64,000 nucleotides of DNA from a virus (taxonomy: Duplodnaviria > Caudoviricetes), in the IMG/VR virus record IMGVR_UViG_3300005611_000002, positions 130,646-194,645 of that record; one strand, 5' to 3'. Both the position numbers and the translations under genes were made by a program. The notes beneath the pieces are model-generated. The model saw only the letters and a program-made list of their open reading frames with translations. It had not been told where the DNA came from and did no database searches. Of this stretch, positions 1-11,642 are shown piece after piece (position 1 is the first letter of the stretch; the number at the start of each line of letters is the position of its first letter).

Positions 1-399
1 TCCATTGTTAATTGTAAAATCTTGAGAATTAAGAAAACCTACATCCCAAGAAACTGAATCATTATTTAGTCTTAAAACAGGGTTAGCTGAATTGCTAAAA
101 GATTCAATACCAACTCTTTGTGAACTACTTATTATAGTAGGAGCTTCGATTGTAACATCTGTACTTGTTGTTTCGATCTTGTCTGTTCTTAATCTCGTTT
201 CAGCTGTAATCGTATTGGCCGCAAAAGTTCCAATCAGCGTTGCAACCTTTGGGCTTGATACACTTCCCGTTGTATCACCTGGAGATGCAGACGCTGTAAG
301 CACATCTGTGCCAATAAGATTAACTAATTCATTCGTTCTATCAAGCCAAACCTGAAATGTATTATTTGCGCTGATGTTGATTAAGCCTGTCTTTGCCAT
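1..399 (-). CDS. Partial virion structural protein (tail/baseplate-associated), runs off window start
   Basis: ATG at 399 directly after the stop of the upstream small ORF; MAKTGLINISANNTFQVWLDRTNELVN resembles the TFxxWxxxTN N-terminus of T4-like structural proteins; not in ORF track because truncated. Confidence 0.6.
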   Translation of the reverse strand, partial: MAKTGLINISANNTFQVWLDRTNELVNLIGTDVLTASASPGDTTGSVSSPKVATLIGTFAANTITAETRLRTDKIETTSTDVTIEAPTIISSSQRVGIESFSNSANPVLRLNNDSVSWDVGFLNSQDFTINNG

Positions 400-579
400 T
401 TATCTACTTTCCATCTTTTCTATAACATCACATAATCTCGAAAGAGTTTGCTTTACATCTTGAAGCTCTTCACCTAGTTTTTCGACCTTGCGATAACTAT
501 CTCTTTCCAATTTATATTTATTGAGAGCAGCCGCATCGGCGTTGATAATTGCTTTCGATTTTTGATCTCGATAAATCAT
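400..579 (-). CDS. Small coiled-coil hypothetical protein (59 aa)
   Basis: Read by hand: MIYRDQKSKAIINADAAALNKYK...EKMESR; start overlaps the stop of the 1805-aa gene, stop abuts the next ATG. Confidence 0.75.
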   Translation of the reverse strand: MIYRDQKSKAIINADAAALNKYKLERDSYRKVEKLGEELQDVKQTLSRLCDVIEKMESR

Positions 580-3500
580 GTGAGTGCAATTCCTCTGTAA
601 TCAAGCAGCCTTGGCGCTTTGAATATGTTTTCGGATAGTAACTCGATCTTGATTGCAAATCGTCGATAACCACTGAATGAACCTAGATCATTGGTATAAT
701 TTAGTACTCCTGCGGTTTTGGCGGAGTCTGGCACGCGGTATACAAACTCTCTGAAATCATAAATGTTGCTGATCGAAGAATAAGTATTGATACCTTGAGT
801 CAACTCAAGTTCTACCCAATTATTTACATCGAAGACTTCAGGATCATTTGCTGCTTGTGGTCGAATGTAGACCTTGATGTCAGTTCCGTTTGGTCTATAA
901 CCAGTTACGAAGATCTGAAAGTCTTCAGCATCAAGATTTTCAGCAAGTTCTACTGTCCGCGAAATGTATTTTGCCGTAGTATCAGAAGAGTTTGTGATCT
1001 TCCACTGATAGGCAAGGACAGAAGATGTTTCGATGTCAATAAACGGTGTTGATGTAACATTACTCGCGTTAGCAAGCGATACTGTAAGATCCATAGTCTT
1101 AGTTCTAGCAATATCATTTGATTTACTGAAAACTGTCATACCAGTCTTACCAAATGTTGTTTTATCATTGAATTGCATCAACTGAGTATAGGTATTTGTA
1201 GTATTATTTGGATCAACAAAGGTCCCACTTAAAGAAGTTGAAGTCACACTATCATTCGTCCTCATGATCATCGGTTGAATGTAACTAAATTCTATATTGT
1301 CCATAGATGTAATTGTAGCAACAGAACTACTATCAAAGCCGTAAATCGTATCACTTGCTTCAAACTTTCTTGAAGCAGTCGCCGATGAACCTTCGAGTAT
1401 CATGAAGTTCGGATATCTAAAGTCATAATGACGAAGAGTACCGATAGTCACTGGATTACCAGCAGCGTTAGCGCTAAACGACGCTGGACGATCTGCTACG
1501 ATCACACTTGAGTTCGCACTAACCACTTTGAACAGTTGCTTATTTGAAGCACCGTCATCAACTAAAATATAATCATCAGTTGCGTATGTTGTTGATAGAT
1601 TGGTGCCTGTTATTTCATTATTTCCAGGCGATATGCTGACAGTATTTGAAGTATTAGAATCACTCGGATGAATCGTATAAACAACTTCGCCAGTCTTGAA
1701 TCTTCCGATATTGTTTTCGGTAGTGATGAACTCGTGATCATTATTGGTAAGCGTTACTGTACCGGAAGAAACATTGAAGTTGTGGCGATACAGATTAAAC
1801 TTGATGTCTTCATCTTGATATGATTGCCAAGCACGGTTGTTAGTTGACGTGAAAAGAACACCGTCGCCCCAGTCTTGAACAATCGATCTACCTTGATTGT
1901 CACCAGGTGTAAGATCGGTGCCACCAACCTTTGATGTAAAGATAAGATAATCAGGGTTTGCAGCATCTGGTATTACAACTACTGCATATTCTTTTTCAAC
2001 ATCCAAACGAACTGGAGCAGGGAATGTAATTGTAGTTACCGCTGAAGCGTCATCAGATATACTAACTTCAGAAGGCGTGAGATGTACTCTTGAAAACGGG
2101 ACGTTCTGATAAGAAGGATAACCGTTTAGAACTTCACGTATTTCTACAGTCACACCGTAAGTTGAACTTTTACGTTTGAAGTAAAGATCGATTTTTGAAG
2201 CAAATACGGTATCAGAACCTCTTCCCATACCTTGCTTGATAAAGAATGTTTGAGCAAGTGGATCACCACCATCTTCCTCCCAACGTTCTTCACGTTGTTC
2301 TATAGTTGTAATTCTTCTTGTAACGTTACGCTCAGATGTAATCTGCTCAATAAAATTAGTAGGTTGACGCGTGGAAGCTGTAAGAGAAGACCTTTCAATT
2401 GAGAAATTATATGCTCGATAAGTGACTGATCCGTATGAAGTTGAAGCGCTAGCAATGGTATTGTAAGCATCAACGTCAACTATTTCTAACTTTCTATCAC
2501 CAACAAAAAATGTTTCAGCTGGAATATCAAATACCGCAGTAATTACACCGTTTTCATTTGATGTGATAGGATCTCCGAAGTTGCCGTTTCTATGAACTTC
2601 TGCAGCGCTATCAACGTCATCGCCTGGAGCAACGAATTGATTTACGTCAACTTCATCAAAGAAGAAATAATGTCTTGTATTTGGGCGCAAACCAGACATA
2701 TATACGTTAACTTCTCTTGGAGCCATAAATGGATTAAAGTTGATATTAGAAACAAAGTCTCCAACTGGCGTTTCACTTATCTGTTCGCCCGAAACTTGAA
2801 GCGTATTAAAGGTTTCTCTCACAGTGTCTGTAAATGTAGTCGTCGTGGTTATTTGATTCCCATCTTGTCTACGATTTCTTCCTGTAAGCCGAGAATTAAG
2901 AACTTCTCTGCTTGTAGCAGTTAATGGTACTACTTCGTTAATTGCATCTGCAAATTGGCTTAATGGTGTTACTAAATCAATATCAATAGAAACTGGATTT
3001 GTAGTAACATCGTAAAGTGCGTCGTACTCGGGATCAAGAGAACCAACACCACGGTATGAATAGAAGTTACTTACACAATTTCTAAACTCTGTAGCATATG
3101 GCTGATTGATAATCGAGACATCTTGATCTCTTGAAAGTGTAGCAGCACGAGCGTCAGCAGTAGATGGGAATATAGTACCAGAAGAATTACTCTTGTACTT
3201 CATATTAATTGGAAACGATTTAACAGCTGGCATCAATGACTTTTCAGCAAAATCAATCGCAGCATTAAAATCGGCACTTTCAACGTTTGCTATATTCAGA
3301 TCATTAAATGGATCAACGATGATACCATTCTTGAATCTGGACAAGCCGTTTTCATCGAGAATGTTTAGATTTGTTGTTTCGATTTCAAGAGCAGTAAGAA
3401 GAACGTAGTATTTAAGAGCATCAACTTTTCGGTCGATTTTTTCAATGTCTCGCATCTTGTATGCTTTTGTACCCTTTGTGGTAACTTTTACTCCATACGC

Positions 3501-5993
3501 GGGTCTATTTTGAGCATATGCTTCTTCGGGCGTAAGAGCTGGAACTCCGGGTACAAAAATTTCTGCAATCTTAAGTTGGTCACCAGTTACACTCGATGGT
3601 ACTGAATTTTCTGATTCTTGACCCTTTACGATAGCGGTTCTTCCGTAAGAGTCAATAGTGACAATGTCAGTTCTATTCAGATAAAACTCGTAATCGAGTT
3701 GACCAAATGTATCGTGAGCTGGTGTTAGGACTGTGTTGTTTGCATCAAACGAAGGCGCAATACTCACACTCGTGCTTGAAGAACTGACTGTTGGCGCTGT
3801 CCCTTCTGAAGCAGCATTAGTATATGTGGCACCAGCGATTGGTTCAACAAGTGGTCTAAAATCTACACAATCTCGAAGATTATAAGTAGCACCAGAAGGT
3901 GATACGAAAGGTTGTATTTTGTTCGTTGCTACTTGTCCAGAACCAGTACCGATTGGATAACTGTCAATTGTAAAGAAATAATCTCCAGTTGTGTCATTCA
4001 ATTTGAATGCATTCATCTGAACTGTCATATCACCATCAGAAGGAACAGGGCGACCTGGGATAAACTCGATGTACGAATGGTCGTAGTAATTATTTTTCTG
4101 GTTAGTTCTTAATTTGAAACTTGTTGTGACGTCGTTGTTAGCAGCATCAGTAATCGAAACTACTTCATAGACATCTGGAAAGCCTAGATTGAATTTCGAT
4201 GATGAAGTAGAATCAGTATTCGCGAATGTACATTTCACATATAGTTCAACTGATGTTTTAGTAAATGGAGTTGCGTCTGAAATTCTTTTATTCACGTAAA
4301 CTGTTGCCGTAGCAGAAGTCGTACCAGCAAGTTCTATTTGAAGATCATTGTTAGCGCCAGATAATGAAGTACTTAATACATCAATTTTTTGATTGGAAGA
4401 GTCGACAAACAAAATGTCATCATTGTTTACATTAAAATCTTCTCCAACCGCAGAAGAAATGATTACTGTATTTCCTGAAAGACCGGTCAATTCTCTTTTT
4501 TCACGAACCGGAAGCGAAATACTATCGGTTGACTTGAGACTAACGGCTCCTGTATCAAAAATCATGGAGCCGTTACTTGCTTCATTTAAAACTGAACCAC
4601 TTGCGACAGAAATAACACCCGACGACCCAATGATTTGCTCTACGCCAGAAATTTCATTAGATCCATCTAGACGAATATCGAACAAGAAAATCTTATCATC
4701 AGTAATATTTCGAACTCTTGCAGTACCGGTATTAGCAGACGCACCATTTTGAAGTGTAACTGTCGAAAGAGTATCAATCGGAACAACACCAGTATTTGCA
4801 ATATCAAGAATGTTCAGATAACCGCCGTAATTGAATGAAACTGCTTGATTTGATCTTTCATCAACTGACGTATTTGCAATTGGATCAATATCAAGAAGAA
4901 CTTCAGCAAGATTTTCTACTCGATAACCTTTCACATATGCAATACCACTTCCAACGGAAGCTTTCAGAATATCGTCTCTTCGTATGACCTTTGTTTTAAA
5001 GTCACGCACAATATAGTCACCAGACTCTTCAAATGTGCGGCGAGCCATTTCTTCACCCAGTGCATTATATTGTGATACGTCTCTTAGAAAAACGGCGCTG
5101 CCATTTGAATATCTTGTAAGCGTAAAGAATGTAGTATCAGCATCTGCGTCTAAAGTTGGTAGCGCAGTTAATACTGGAATCAACTTCAAGCGATCTGCGC
5201 CTGGAGCGTTTTCATTTGTGGATCCATTTGCGTTATCAAAAAGCGATGGGTCTTGAAGAGAACTAATCAACCTTTCTTCTACGACGTAACCAATTGAAAC
5301 TCCATCTGGAACATTAGTATATTTTGAAACAACTACCAACTGTTCTTCAGTGAAAAGGAAATGTCCTTTTTGAAAGATAATACCAGGGGCAGCACGAAGA
5401 CCAAACGAATTACCAACTGGGTTTGGAAAATTAGTTACGGAAATAGTAGTTTCAAGTGTCTCAGTCACATTGGTTGTAGTTCCAATGTCATAAGAACTAA
5501 TTTTATAAATTTCAAGAGTTTCACCACCCTGAAATACCTTATTTCCGGCAGACGTTGAAGTGTAGTCGATGTAAAAAGTGTTGAGATCTGGATCTCGCGT
5601 TTCAAAGCCCCGTGTCGCTGCGATCACTTGCGCACGAACTCCACTCACAAGGCCTCTTAGTTCATATACGTTGTTTCTTTCATATATTTGACCGCCATCA
5701 GAAACAGTATCTGTAGAACCAACATAAACAGCTGGATCAAAACCGCCTTCATTTGTAACTTTGACGTACTTGAGATCAGAAAGTTCGGTGAAGGTACAAC
5801 CCTTGATGATTGAACCCTCTTTGTAAATATTGTCTCCAAACTGTTCAATCTGATTCTGCAGAACAGTTTGAAGTTGAGTCAATTCTCGAGCTTGAACCGC
5901 ATACGAAGGCTTGAATAGAACTCTGTAATACTGGTTTTCGAGATCAAAATCATCGAAATAAGGCGCGGTACTAAGATTCGTATTAATTGGCAT
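576..5993 (-). CDS. Large virion structural protein, VrlC/DUF4815-like
   Basis: N-terminal PYFDDFD...YYRVLFKP..AVQARELTQLQ and APGADRLK motifs typical of this T4-like family; follows gp8. Confidence 0.8.
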   Translation of the reverse strand: MPINTNLSTAPYFDDFDLENQYYRVLFKPSYAVQARELTQLQTVLQNQIEQFGDNIYKEGSIIKGCTFTELSDLKYVKVTNEGGFDPAVYVGSTDTVSDGGQIYERNNVYELRGLVSGVRAQVIAATRGFETRDPDLNTFYIDYTSTSAGNKVFQGGETLEIYKISSYDIGTTTNVTETLETTISVTNFPNPVGNSFGLRAAPGIIFQKGHFLFTEEQLVVVSKYTNVPDGVSIGYVVEERLISSLQDPSLFDNANGSTNENAPGADRLKLIPVLTALPTLDADADTTFFTLTRYSNGSAVFLRDVSQYNALGEEMARRTFEESGDYIVRDFKTKVIRRDDILKASVGSGIAYVKGYRVENLAEVLLDIDPIANTSVDERSNQAVSFNYGGYLNILDIANTGVVPIDTLSTVTLQNGASANTGTARVRNITDDKIFLFDIRLDGSNEISGVEQIIGSSGVISVASGSVLNEASNGSMIFDTGAVSLKSTDSISLPVREKRELTGLSGNTVIISSAVGEDFNVNNDDILFVDSSNQKIDVLSTSLSGANNDLQIELAGTTSATATVYVNKRISDATPFTKTSVELYVKCTFANTDSTSSSKFNLGFPDVYEVVSITDAANNDVTTSFKLRTNQKNNYYDHSYIEFIPGRPVPSDGDMTVQMNAFKLNDTTGDYFFTIDSYPIGTGSGQVATNKIQPFVSPSGATYNLRDCVDFRPLVEPIAGATYTNAASEGTAPTVSSSSTSVSIAPSFDANNTVLTPAHDTFGQLDYEFYLNRTDIVTIDSYGRTAIVKGQESENSVPSSVTGDQLKIAEIFVPGVPALTPEEAYAQNRPAYGVKVTTKGTKAYKMRDIEKIDRKVDALKYYVLLTALEIETTNLNILDENGLSRFKNGIIVDPFNDLNIANVESADFNAAIDFAEKSLMPAVKSFPINMKYKSNSSGTIFPSTADARAATLSRDQDVSIINQPYATEFRNCVSNFYSYRGVGSLDPEYDALYDVTTNPVSIDIDLVTPLSQFADAINEVVPLTATSREVLNSRLTGRNRRQDGNQITTTTTFTDTVRETFNTLQVSGEQISETPVGDFVSNINFNPFMAPREVNVYMSGLRPNTRHYFFFDEVDVNQFVAPGDDVDSAAEVHRNGNFGDPITSNENGVITAVFDIPAETFFVGDRKLEIVDVDAYNTIASASTSYGSVTYRAYNFSIERSSLTASTRQPTNFIEQITSERNVTRRITTIEQREERWEEDGGDPLAQTFFIKQGMGRGSDTVFASKIDLYFKRKSSTYGVTVEIREVLNGYPSYQNVPFSRVHLTPSEVSISDDASAVTTITFPAPVRLDVEKEYAVVVIPDAANPDYLIFTSKVGGTDLTPGDNQGRSIVQDWGDGVLFTSTNNRAWQSYQDEDIKFNLYRHNFNVSSGTVTLTNNDHEFITTENNIGRFKTGEVVYTIHPSDSNTSNTVSISPGNNEITGTNLSTTYATDDYILVDDGASNKQLFKVVSANSSVIVADRPASFSANAAGNPVTIGTLRHYDFRYPNFMILEGSSATASRKFEASDTIYGFDSSSVATITSMDNIEFSYIQPMIMRTNDSVTSTSLSGTFVDPNNTTNTYTQLMQFNDKTTFGKTGMTVFSKSNDIARTKTMDLTVSLANASNVTSTPFIDIETSSVLAYQWKITNSSDTTAKYISRTVELAENLDAEDFQIFVTGYRPNGTDIKVYIRPQAANDPEVFDVNNWVELELTQGINTYSSISNIYDFREFVYRVPDSAKTAGVLNYTNDLGSFSGYRRFAIKIELLSENIFKAPRLLDYRGIALT

Positions 5994-6003
5994 TTATTGT
6001 TCC

Positions 6004-7635
6004 TTAGAATTCTATAACAATCTTGAATAGTTCTCTTGAGTCTTCGGTTCTTTCCACGGAAAAAAAGTCGTTCATGTAGTAAACATCGCCCGTTTTCGGT
6101 ACGTATATTGGATAGGTGATGATCGGATCCCCACCGCCATCGGTATTTATTTGGAGAAGATCACCCTGTGGGCTGCGTATTGACAAATCTGGATCTATAG
6201 AAAAGTTTGTATTTGCTTGGTCTTGGTATGGGCCGTGAAACTCTGATAGATAAACAGTATTTGCAGAAATTTCATGCACACGAGCTTCGAATATAGTTTC
6301 ATTATCTGTATTTACCTGTAATACTAAATCGTTTACGGAAATGGGTTGAACAGACGATAATTCTACACTTATACGATTATCGAAGATATCATTATTAGAA
6401 GATGTAAACTCTGGATTTTTGACCAATCCAATTTTTGAATATTGATTACTATCTGGTATTGTGACATTATCCACTTCAGTGAGTTCGGTGAATAACATAC
6501 AATGTTTACAGCTCAATTCATCTATTAGATTTGAAGCATGACCACCTCTGGGAGATAATATTGGTCTTAACGTTGCTCGAACATCAAGTCTATTTTCATC
6601 TGTTGGGCTAAATGCCGTAGGATCTATAACATTAGCAATTGCTCTAGTGTAGCCTGAACCTTTATTGATTGTGGTAATTCCAACTATAGATCCATCAAAT
6701 ACATCAGCTATTGCTCTTGCGCCAGTACCGTCTCCCGTAATTTCAATTCTTGGTAAAATCTGAAATTTTGTAGGTTTTTCACTACCGGGCGGTGCAATTA
6801 TAATACTATCTACAGCTGGATTTCCTAATAGCGTAATAACACCTTGACCTTCAATTGCATTAAATGTATATGTATCTATAGTGTATACATTTGAAAACCC
6901 CGTCAAAGTATTTGTAGCATAAAAACTCTGACCAGAATAAAAACCAGCTATTTCAGAAAGTGTATAACCAGAAGATGTATCTATGACAATCGTATCAAAT
7001 GTCCCGTTTATTTCGTTTACACTTTGAACAGTACCTTCAATTTTTTCATACCCATTATTTGTATCTTTATTTGTCACTACTATTTCTTCGACTGTTGATG
7101 AAGTAAAATCCGCGTTTGCTACAAGAGTATCTGATGTAATTGGAATATAACCGATCGTATTGTACTTGTCAAAATCTGAAACACTGATTTCATACATAAA
7201 TTTCCAGATATATCCATCTCCCATAGAATATATTTGATCCGTTTGCCCCACATTATAATTCGGAGAAAACTGCGAAGGTGAGCCGTAATTATTGAAAAGA
7301 CACTTGTAAACTTTGTAATTATCAATGTCTTCATCTTGTGGATATACTACAGCATAGTATCTTTTATCTGCTAAATCTTCTCGGTCGTCGTATTGATCAA
7401 AAACAAGTCCTGACTGCCAAGGATAGTTTTTGATCATGTAAAAGAAGTTTTCTTCCGAGTCAATTTTTTTTCCGAAAATTGTTTTTTCGAGAAAATCGGT
7501 TTGAGAAAATAAAGAATTGACTGCGGTAGTTCTAACCGCAGATGATACATGCAGATAATAATCATTATTCTGTAGATCATTCAAAAAGAATCTTACAGAA
7601 TCAGATCTAAATTTACTAGTAATAATATTAGCCAT
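6004..7635 (-). CDS. gp8: Baseplate wedge subunit gp8
   Basis: YKVYKCLFNN and DGYIWKFMY motifs, C-terminal K-I-V-I-E-F; synteny gp6-gp7-gp8. Confidence 0.85.
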   Translation of the reverse strand: MANIITSKFRSDSVRFFLNDLQNNDYYLHVSSAVRTTAVNSLFSQTDFLEKTIFGKKIDSEENFFYMIKNYPWQSGLVFDQYDDREDLADKRYYAVVYPQDEDIDNYKVYKCLFNNYGSPSQFSPNYNVGQTDQIYSMGDGYIWKFMYEISVSDFDKYNTIGYIPITSDTLVANADFTSSTVEEIVVTNKDTNNGYEKIEGTVQSVNEINGTFDTIVIDTSSGYTLSEIAGFYSGQSFYATNTLTGFSNVYTIDTYTFNAIEGQGVITLLGNPAVDSIIIAPPGSEKPTKFQILPRIEITGDGTGARAIADVFDGSIVGITTINKGSGYTRAIANVIDPTAFSPTDENRLDVRATLRPILSPRGGHASNLIDELSCKHCMLFTELTEVDNVTIPDSNQYSKIGLVKNPEFTSSNNDIFDNRISVELSSVQPISVNDLVLQVNTDNETIFEARVHEISANTVYLSEFHGPYQDQANTNFSIDPDLSIRSPQGDLLQINTDGGGDPIITYPIYVPKTGDVYYMNDFFSVERTEDSRELFKIVIEF

Positions 7636-7660
7636 TTCGCCTCTAATCGATTTTATTTTC

Positions 7661-7668
7661 TATTTATA
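7661..7668 (-). promoter_or_regulatory. T4-type late promoter TATAAATA upstream of gp8
   Basis: Exact TATAAATA on minus strand 26 nt before the ATG; gp55 is encoded in the window. Confidence 0.75.
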
Positions 7669-7695
7669 ACCTAAGTTCATTATGTATTTGCTGTA

Positions 7696-9837
7696 TTAGC
7701 CGCCGTCGAGAAACTTAAAAGAAAATCTAATATCTCTCGAACGATCAAGATAATCTTCAATTCTAAATCTACTAAAGAATTTGGTCCCAGAAACATGCAT
7801 TACTTCGTTATATAGTTCTAAGTATTCGGATTGGTTGATATTAGATATGATCTGATAAGAATACTCTTGGTAGAAGTCGCTGTCTTGAATATACTTTGAC
7901 GCGTTGAAGTAGTCTAAAGACCCACCATCAAGTACATAACCATTTAGATGAGAATCCAGTGTCGACCAGAAACCTCCAGTAATCCCAGTGCCCCTACTTT
8001 GTATTGTGCCTCGTGCAGCTATTACGCCATTTGAGTCTATAATATCTACGACGTCCCCATCAGCATATCCGAAGCCAGAATCCAACACCTCTACTGCTAA
8101 TATCCTGCCAGTAGCAAATTCTGTTCTTGGAACTATTGTCGCGTTAAAGCCGAATTCATTAGATCCATAATTGATCGAAACTGCTAATATATTGTAATCA
8201 TTACCCTTATAAACTAAAGGATCGTCTGTATTGAAACCATAGTATGAATAAGGTAATACTGTAAGATTTTTGCCACTAATCGACAAGACCTTACCTTCAG
8301 TATCTCCTTGTGATACAATATCTCCAATTGATATTGCAGCGTTAATTTCATCTAATGTTATAGTCTGTGAATATCGATCAAAACCATCCATCACCGGATC
8401 GTAAACTACAGCAAATACATCATTTTCATAATCTGCTCCAGGGCTGATATTGATGAATTCTTTGATTGTACCAATTTCAAACGGAGTCAAGTCGAATGCG
8501 TCTTCTATCTTAGTATCTATTGTAACAGGATCTGCGATACCAGACATAGCAATAAGTGCTGGAGGTACGTCATTGTAGTTATTAGAATTGAGAGCTACAT
8601 TTGCAAAATTTCCTATTACATCTGTAATCAATGAGACATTCGCGGAATTTTCTAATTCATCTAGCTTTACGTGTGCCGTATTACTAGTTTCTGGATAGAG
8701 AGGACCTGGAGATGAATCGTTCTTTTCGGTAATGCCACCCGGAAAAATATCTGACGCAGGTGCTGTAAAGTTTACATCTCGGTCAAGTGTTGATATATTT
8801 GAAGTATTGGAAAACTCACTATTTGCGTCCAATCGGAATCCAACGAAATTGTCATCGAACCCAATTACGGTTGCCTGATTTCCGAATTGATCTTCAACTC
8901 GCTCAAGTACATTGAAGTCAGAATTTTGTGTATTTCCAAAATATTTGATACTTTGGTTTGATACAAGCAATTTTGTATTTTCTTTTGTATATCCAAAACC
9001 TCCGTCTTCAATGGTATAACTGATTTCACCTGTAAAGTTTTCGTTGACATCAGACACTATCAGTTGACAGCCGATTCCTTGAGACCCGGAAATTGTTGCC
9101 AAGTCACCAACTGCATTTCCAGTAGTACCTTTATAGTCTTGATCTATGACAACGCCATCGACAGATCCATATACTCTTCCGAATGAAACAAGAACACCGT
9201 CTATTTTTGTAGTAATGTCATCAAAACCGCGGAATGTTCCTTTCATATTATTCAGGTACAAAATCGGCGTGATGGTATTATTCAAAACAATCAGATTTAT
9301 CTTATTTACAATGGCGGTTGCCTTTGAAACTGATCCGCTAATTGTTCTTCCACTTAGGTCTGCATATGTAAAGAGAGTGTCAAGTTCTGCTGAATAGAAC
9401 CGACCTGAATTTGAGAATAATTGTAGATACGAACCAACTTTCCATTCTGAAGCAGATGGTTTTAGAATGTCTCTTGCTGGAAAATATACATCGACTTCAG
9501 TCTGAAAGAAAATTCTAAAGAAGAGTTCTAAACCTTCGGTCGTGCCTCTTCGACGGTAAAGACTCATAATGTTTTTGACTATAAAGCGAACAGTCTCTTC
9601 ATTGAACGGAAGATCACTCAGAAATTTATTTTTGAAAAAGAGAAGCATCTTCGAAAGTGTGGTATCAATGTCACGATACTCAAATAGTCTTCTTGCATTA
9701 TATGTGGATTGATCTTCTGTAGTTTCTAACCATCGATAGTATTCTTCAACGATAGCAATTAATTCACGTCCATCTTCACGATAGATAGCTGGAAATTGCT
9801 GCTCGATGAAAAATGATATGTTCTTTTCTACTTCCAT
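7696..9837 (-). CDS. gp7: Baseplate wedge initiator gp7-like
   Basis: N-terminal LYRRRGT..LFFRIFF and C-terminal IQDSDFYQEYSY..H.SG motifs; between gp6 and gp8. Confidence 0.75.
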   Translation of the reverse strand: MEVEKNISFFIEQQFPAIYREDGRELIAIVEEYYRWLETTEDQSTYNARRLFEYRDIDTTLSKMLLFFKNKFLSDLPFNEETVRFIVKNIMSLYRRRGTTEGLELFFRIFFQTEVDVYFPARDILKPSASEWKVGSYLQLFSNSGRFYSAELDTLFTYADLSGRTISGSVSKATAIVNKINLIVLNNTITPILYLNNMKGTFRGFDDITTKIDGVLVSFGRVYGSVDGVVIDQDYKGTTGNAVGDLATISGSQGIGCQLIVSDVNENFTGEISYTIEDGGFGYTKENTKLLVSNQSIKYFGNTQNSDFNVLERVEDQFGNQATVIGFDDNFVGFRLDANSEFSNTSNISTLDRDVNFTAPASDIFPGGITEKNDSSPGPLYPETSNTAHVKLDELENSANVSLITDVIGNFANVALNSNNYNDVPPALIAMSGIADPVTIDTKIEDAFDLTPFEIGTIKEFINISPGADYENDVFAVVYDPVMDGFDRYSQTITLDEINAAISIGDIVSQGDTEGKVLSISGKNLTVLPYSYYGFNTDDPLVYKGNDYNILAVSINYGSNEFGFNATIVPRTEFATGRILAVEVLDSGFGYADGDVVDIIDSNGVIAARGTIQSRGTGITGGFWSTLDSHLNGYVLDGGSLDYFNASKYIQDSDFYQEYSYQIISNINQSEYLELYNEVMHVSGTKFFSRFRIEDYLDRSRDIRFSFKFLDGG

Positions 9838-11642
9838 TATTCGTTCTCGATCATGTTAATCGTAACATCAGTATCTCGAATTACAAAAACTCTACTCTTT
9901 GGAGCAGTAATATCGTCTTTGACTGTATTAGCAAAGATCTTGATTGCTGGTAATGTGTATCCATCTGTAACAAAGTTTACTAAACGAACTTCTCCGTTTT
10001 GATAGTTCACAGTTCCAGTATTCGGATTTAGAACTTGAGTATTTACAGTATCACTGCTGATGATTTGAATATTTCCGAGACCATCATCCTGAAGTAGTGC
10101 GCAGATGTTGTTGTAAGAAAACGCCGAGCTATTAATCGCTGGTTTATATTCAGAGAAACCGCTTGCCGTTCTAAACGGATATGGCTTTACTAATTCAGCA
10201 GCAAAATTGAATCTCGGATTTGTTACGATGTTCAAGTCTGGAGAATATTCGATAATCGGTTTAGCAGTAATTCGATTACTTAGGATACCTTCATCAGAAC
10301 TATCAATCGCAGCCGAAAGTCTTGAAAGTCTAAGTGTGGATCCAAATTCATTAAGATTATTACTGTTGAATGTTGCTATAGTTTGTCTTACTATGGATTC
10401 AAGTTCTGCAGCTGATTTTCCAGATTGTTTCTTTGAATAGTAAACATTGATATTCGCATTGAGATACAGGAAAAGCGGATCCACAAAGATCGGTTCAATT
10501 GAAAGAGGGCTTTTCTTATCGAGGAAATTCGTGTATTCATTTTTGAGCGTATCTGAAAGCAGTCGATTACCAAGTAGATTTACAGACACCGCTACTCGAC
10601 CGAATCTAGGCGGATCCAATTCTTCGCCGCCATAAACTGAAATGGATTGAATGTCTGGAAAGTTTCTCTTCAAAAGTACTTCATAGTCACCAGATGTAAC
10701 CGCTCTTTCCTGAATTTGAACAGACTTTGGAGCAAAGAAACGAATACTTTCTACACTTTCGCGTTCAGCTCCTCCTGTTGCTATTTCAATCGTAGTGGTG
10801 TCAGCAGTTTCTCCGTTTGGAGAAGTAAAGCTCGTAGAGAATCGAGAAATACCATTTGCTTCTTCGCCGCTGCATATTCTATAACGAACTTTGATATCCT
10901 CGAAGTTCTTTGGTTGTTCTCCGTATACGTCTTTACCGAAGTAAATAGAATATCTGCCATCAAAGTACGGCGCTAGATAAAAGACCTTACTTGTTGGAGT
11001 TTTTCCTAAGATATCATTCGCAAAAAGAAATTGGTTTTCGCCTTCTGTAGCTTCTTCATCCACAAATACTTCGATAGTCCTAGTATCAATATTTTCATTA
11101 GTAAGATTACAACGCAGAGCGCCGTCGTCATCAATGAAGAAGCCATCTTTTTCAAATCCGTCAAGTATCTCACCTTCATAGAGTACGACATTATCTGCTA
11201 TAAATCGACCGTCTACCGATACCTTTCTTGCAGAATACGCCTGATCTGTAATAAATGAAAATGTTTCACCACCTCCAGAACCGGAAAACTGCGTAAACTT
11301 GGGTATCGTAATCACGGCATCATTTTCGGCAGGATCATCAATCGTGACGCGAACTACAGCTCTTGCGGATTGCATTGATCTTGGAATATAGTTCAATTCT
11401 TTTGCGTGTGACACTATCGAGTTTCTTAATACAGCAGAGTCAAGAAACATCTCGTTGATTGCCATATTCGTGTAGTAATTATTCATGAATGTATTGTAAG
11501 CTAAAACATCAAGTAGGACACTCATGTTCGAGCCTTCGAAGTCATAATCTTTGAATTGCGACTGTTCTCTTCTTAAGAACTCGATGAAATTACTTTTGAT
11601 CGAACTGAAGTCGATATTATTGACTGGAGTTTTGAGTGCCAT
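9837..11642 (-). CDS. gp6: Baseplate wedge subunit gp6
   Basis: DYDFEGSNMSVLLDVLAYNT, FLDSA..R.S.VSHAKELNY and RAVT..DY motifs. Confidence 0.93.
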   Translation of the reverse strand: MALKTPVNNIDFSSIKSNFIEFLRREQSQFKDYDFEGSNMSVLLDVLAYNTFMNNYYTNMAINEMFLDSAVLRNSIVSHAKELNYIPRSMQSARAVVRVTIDDPAENDAVITIPKFTQFSGSGGGETFSFITDQAYSARKVSVDGRFIADNVVLYEGEILDGFEKDGFFIDDDGALRCNLTNENIDTRTIEVFVDEEATEGENQFLFANDILGKTPTSKVFYLAPYFDGRYSIYFGKDVYGEQPKNFEDIKVRYRICSGEEANGISRFSTSFTSPNGETADTTTIEIATGGAERESVESIRFFAPKSVQIQERAVTSGDYEVLLKRNFPDIQSISVYGGEELDPPRFGRVAVSVNLLGNRLLSDTLKNEYTNFLDKKSPLSIEPIFVDPLFLYLNANINVYYSKKQSGKSAAELESIVRQTIATFNSNNLNEFGSTLRLSRLSAAIDSSDEGILSNRITAKPIIEYSPDLNIVTNPRFNFAAELVKPYPFRTASGFSEYKPAINSSAFSYNNICALLQDDGLGNIQIISSDTVNTQVLNPNTGTVNYQNGEVRLVNFVTDGYTLPAIKIFANTVKDDITAPKSRVFVIRDTDVTINMIENE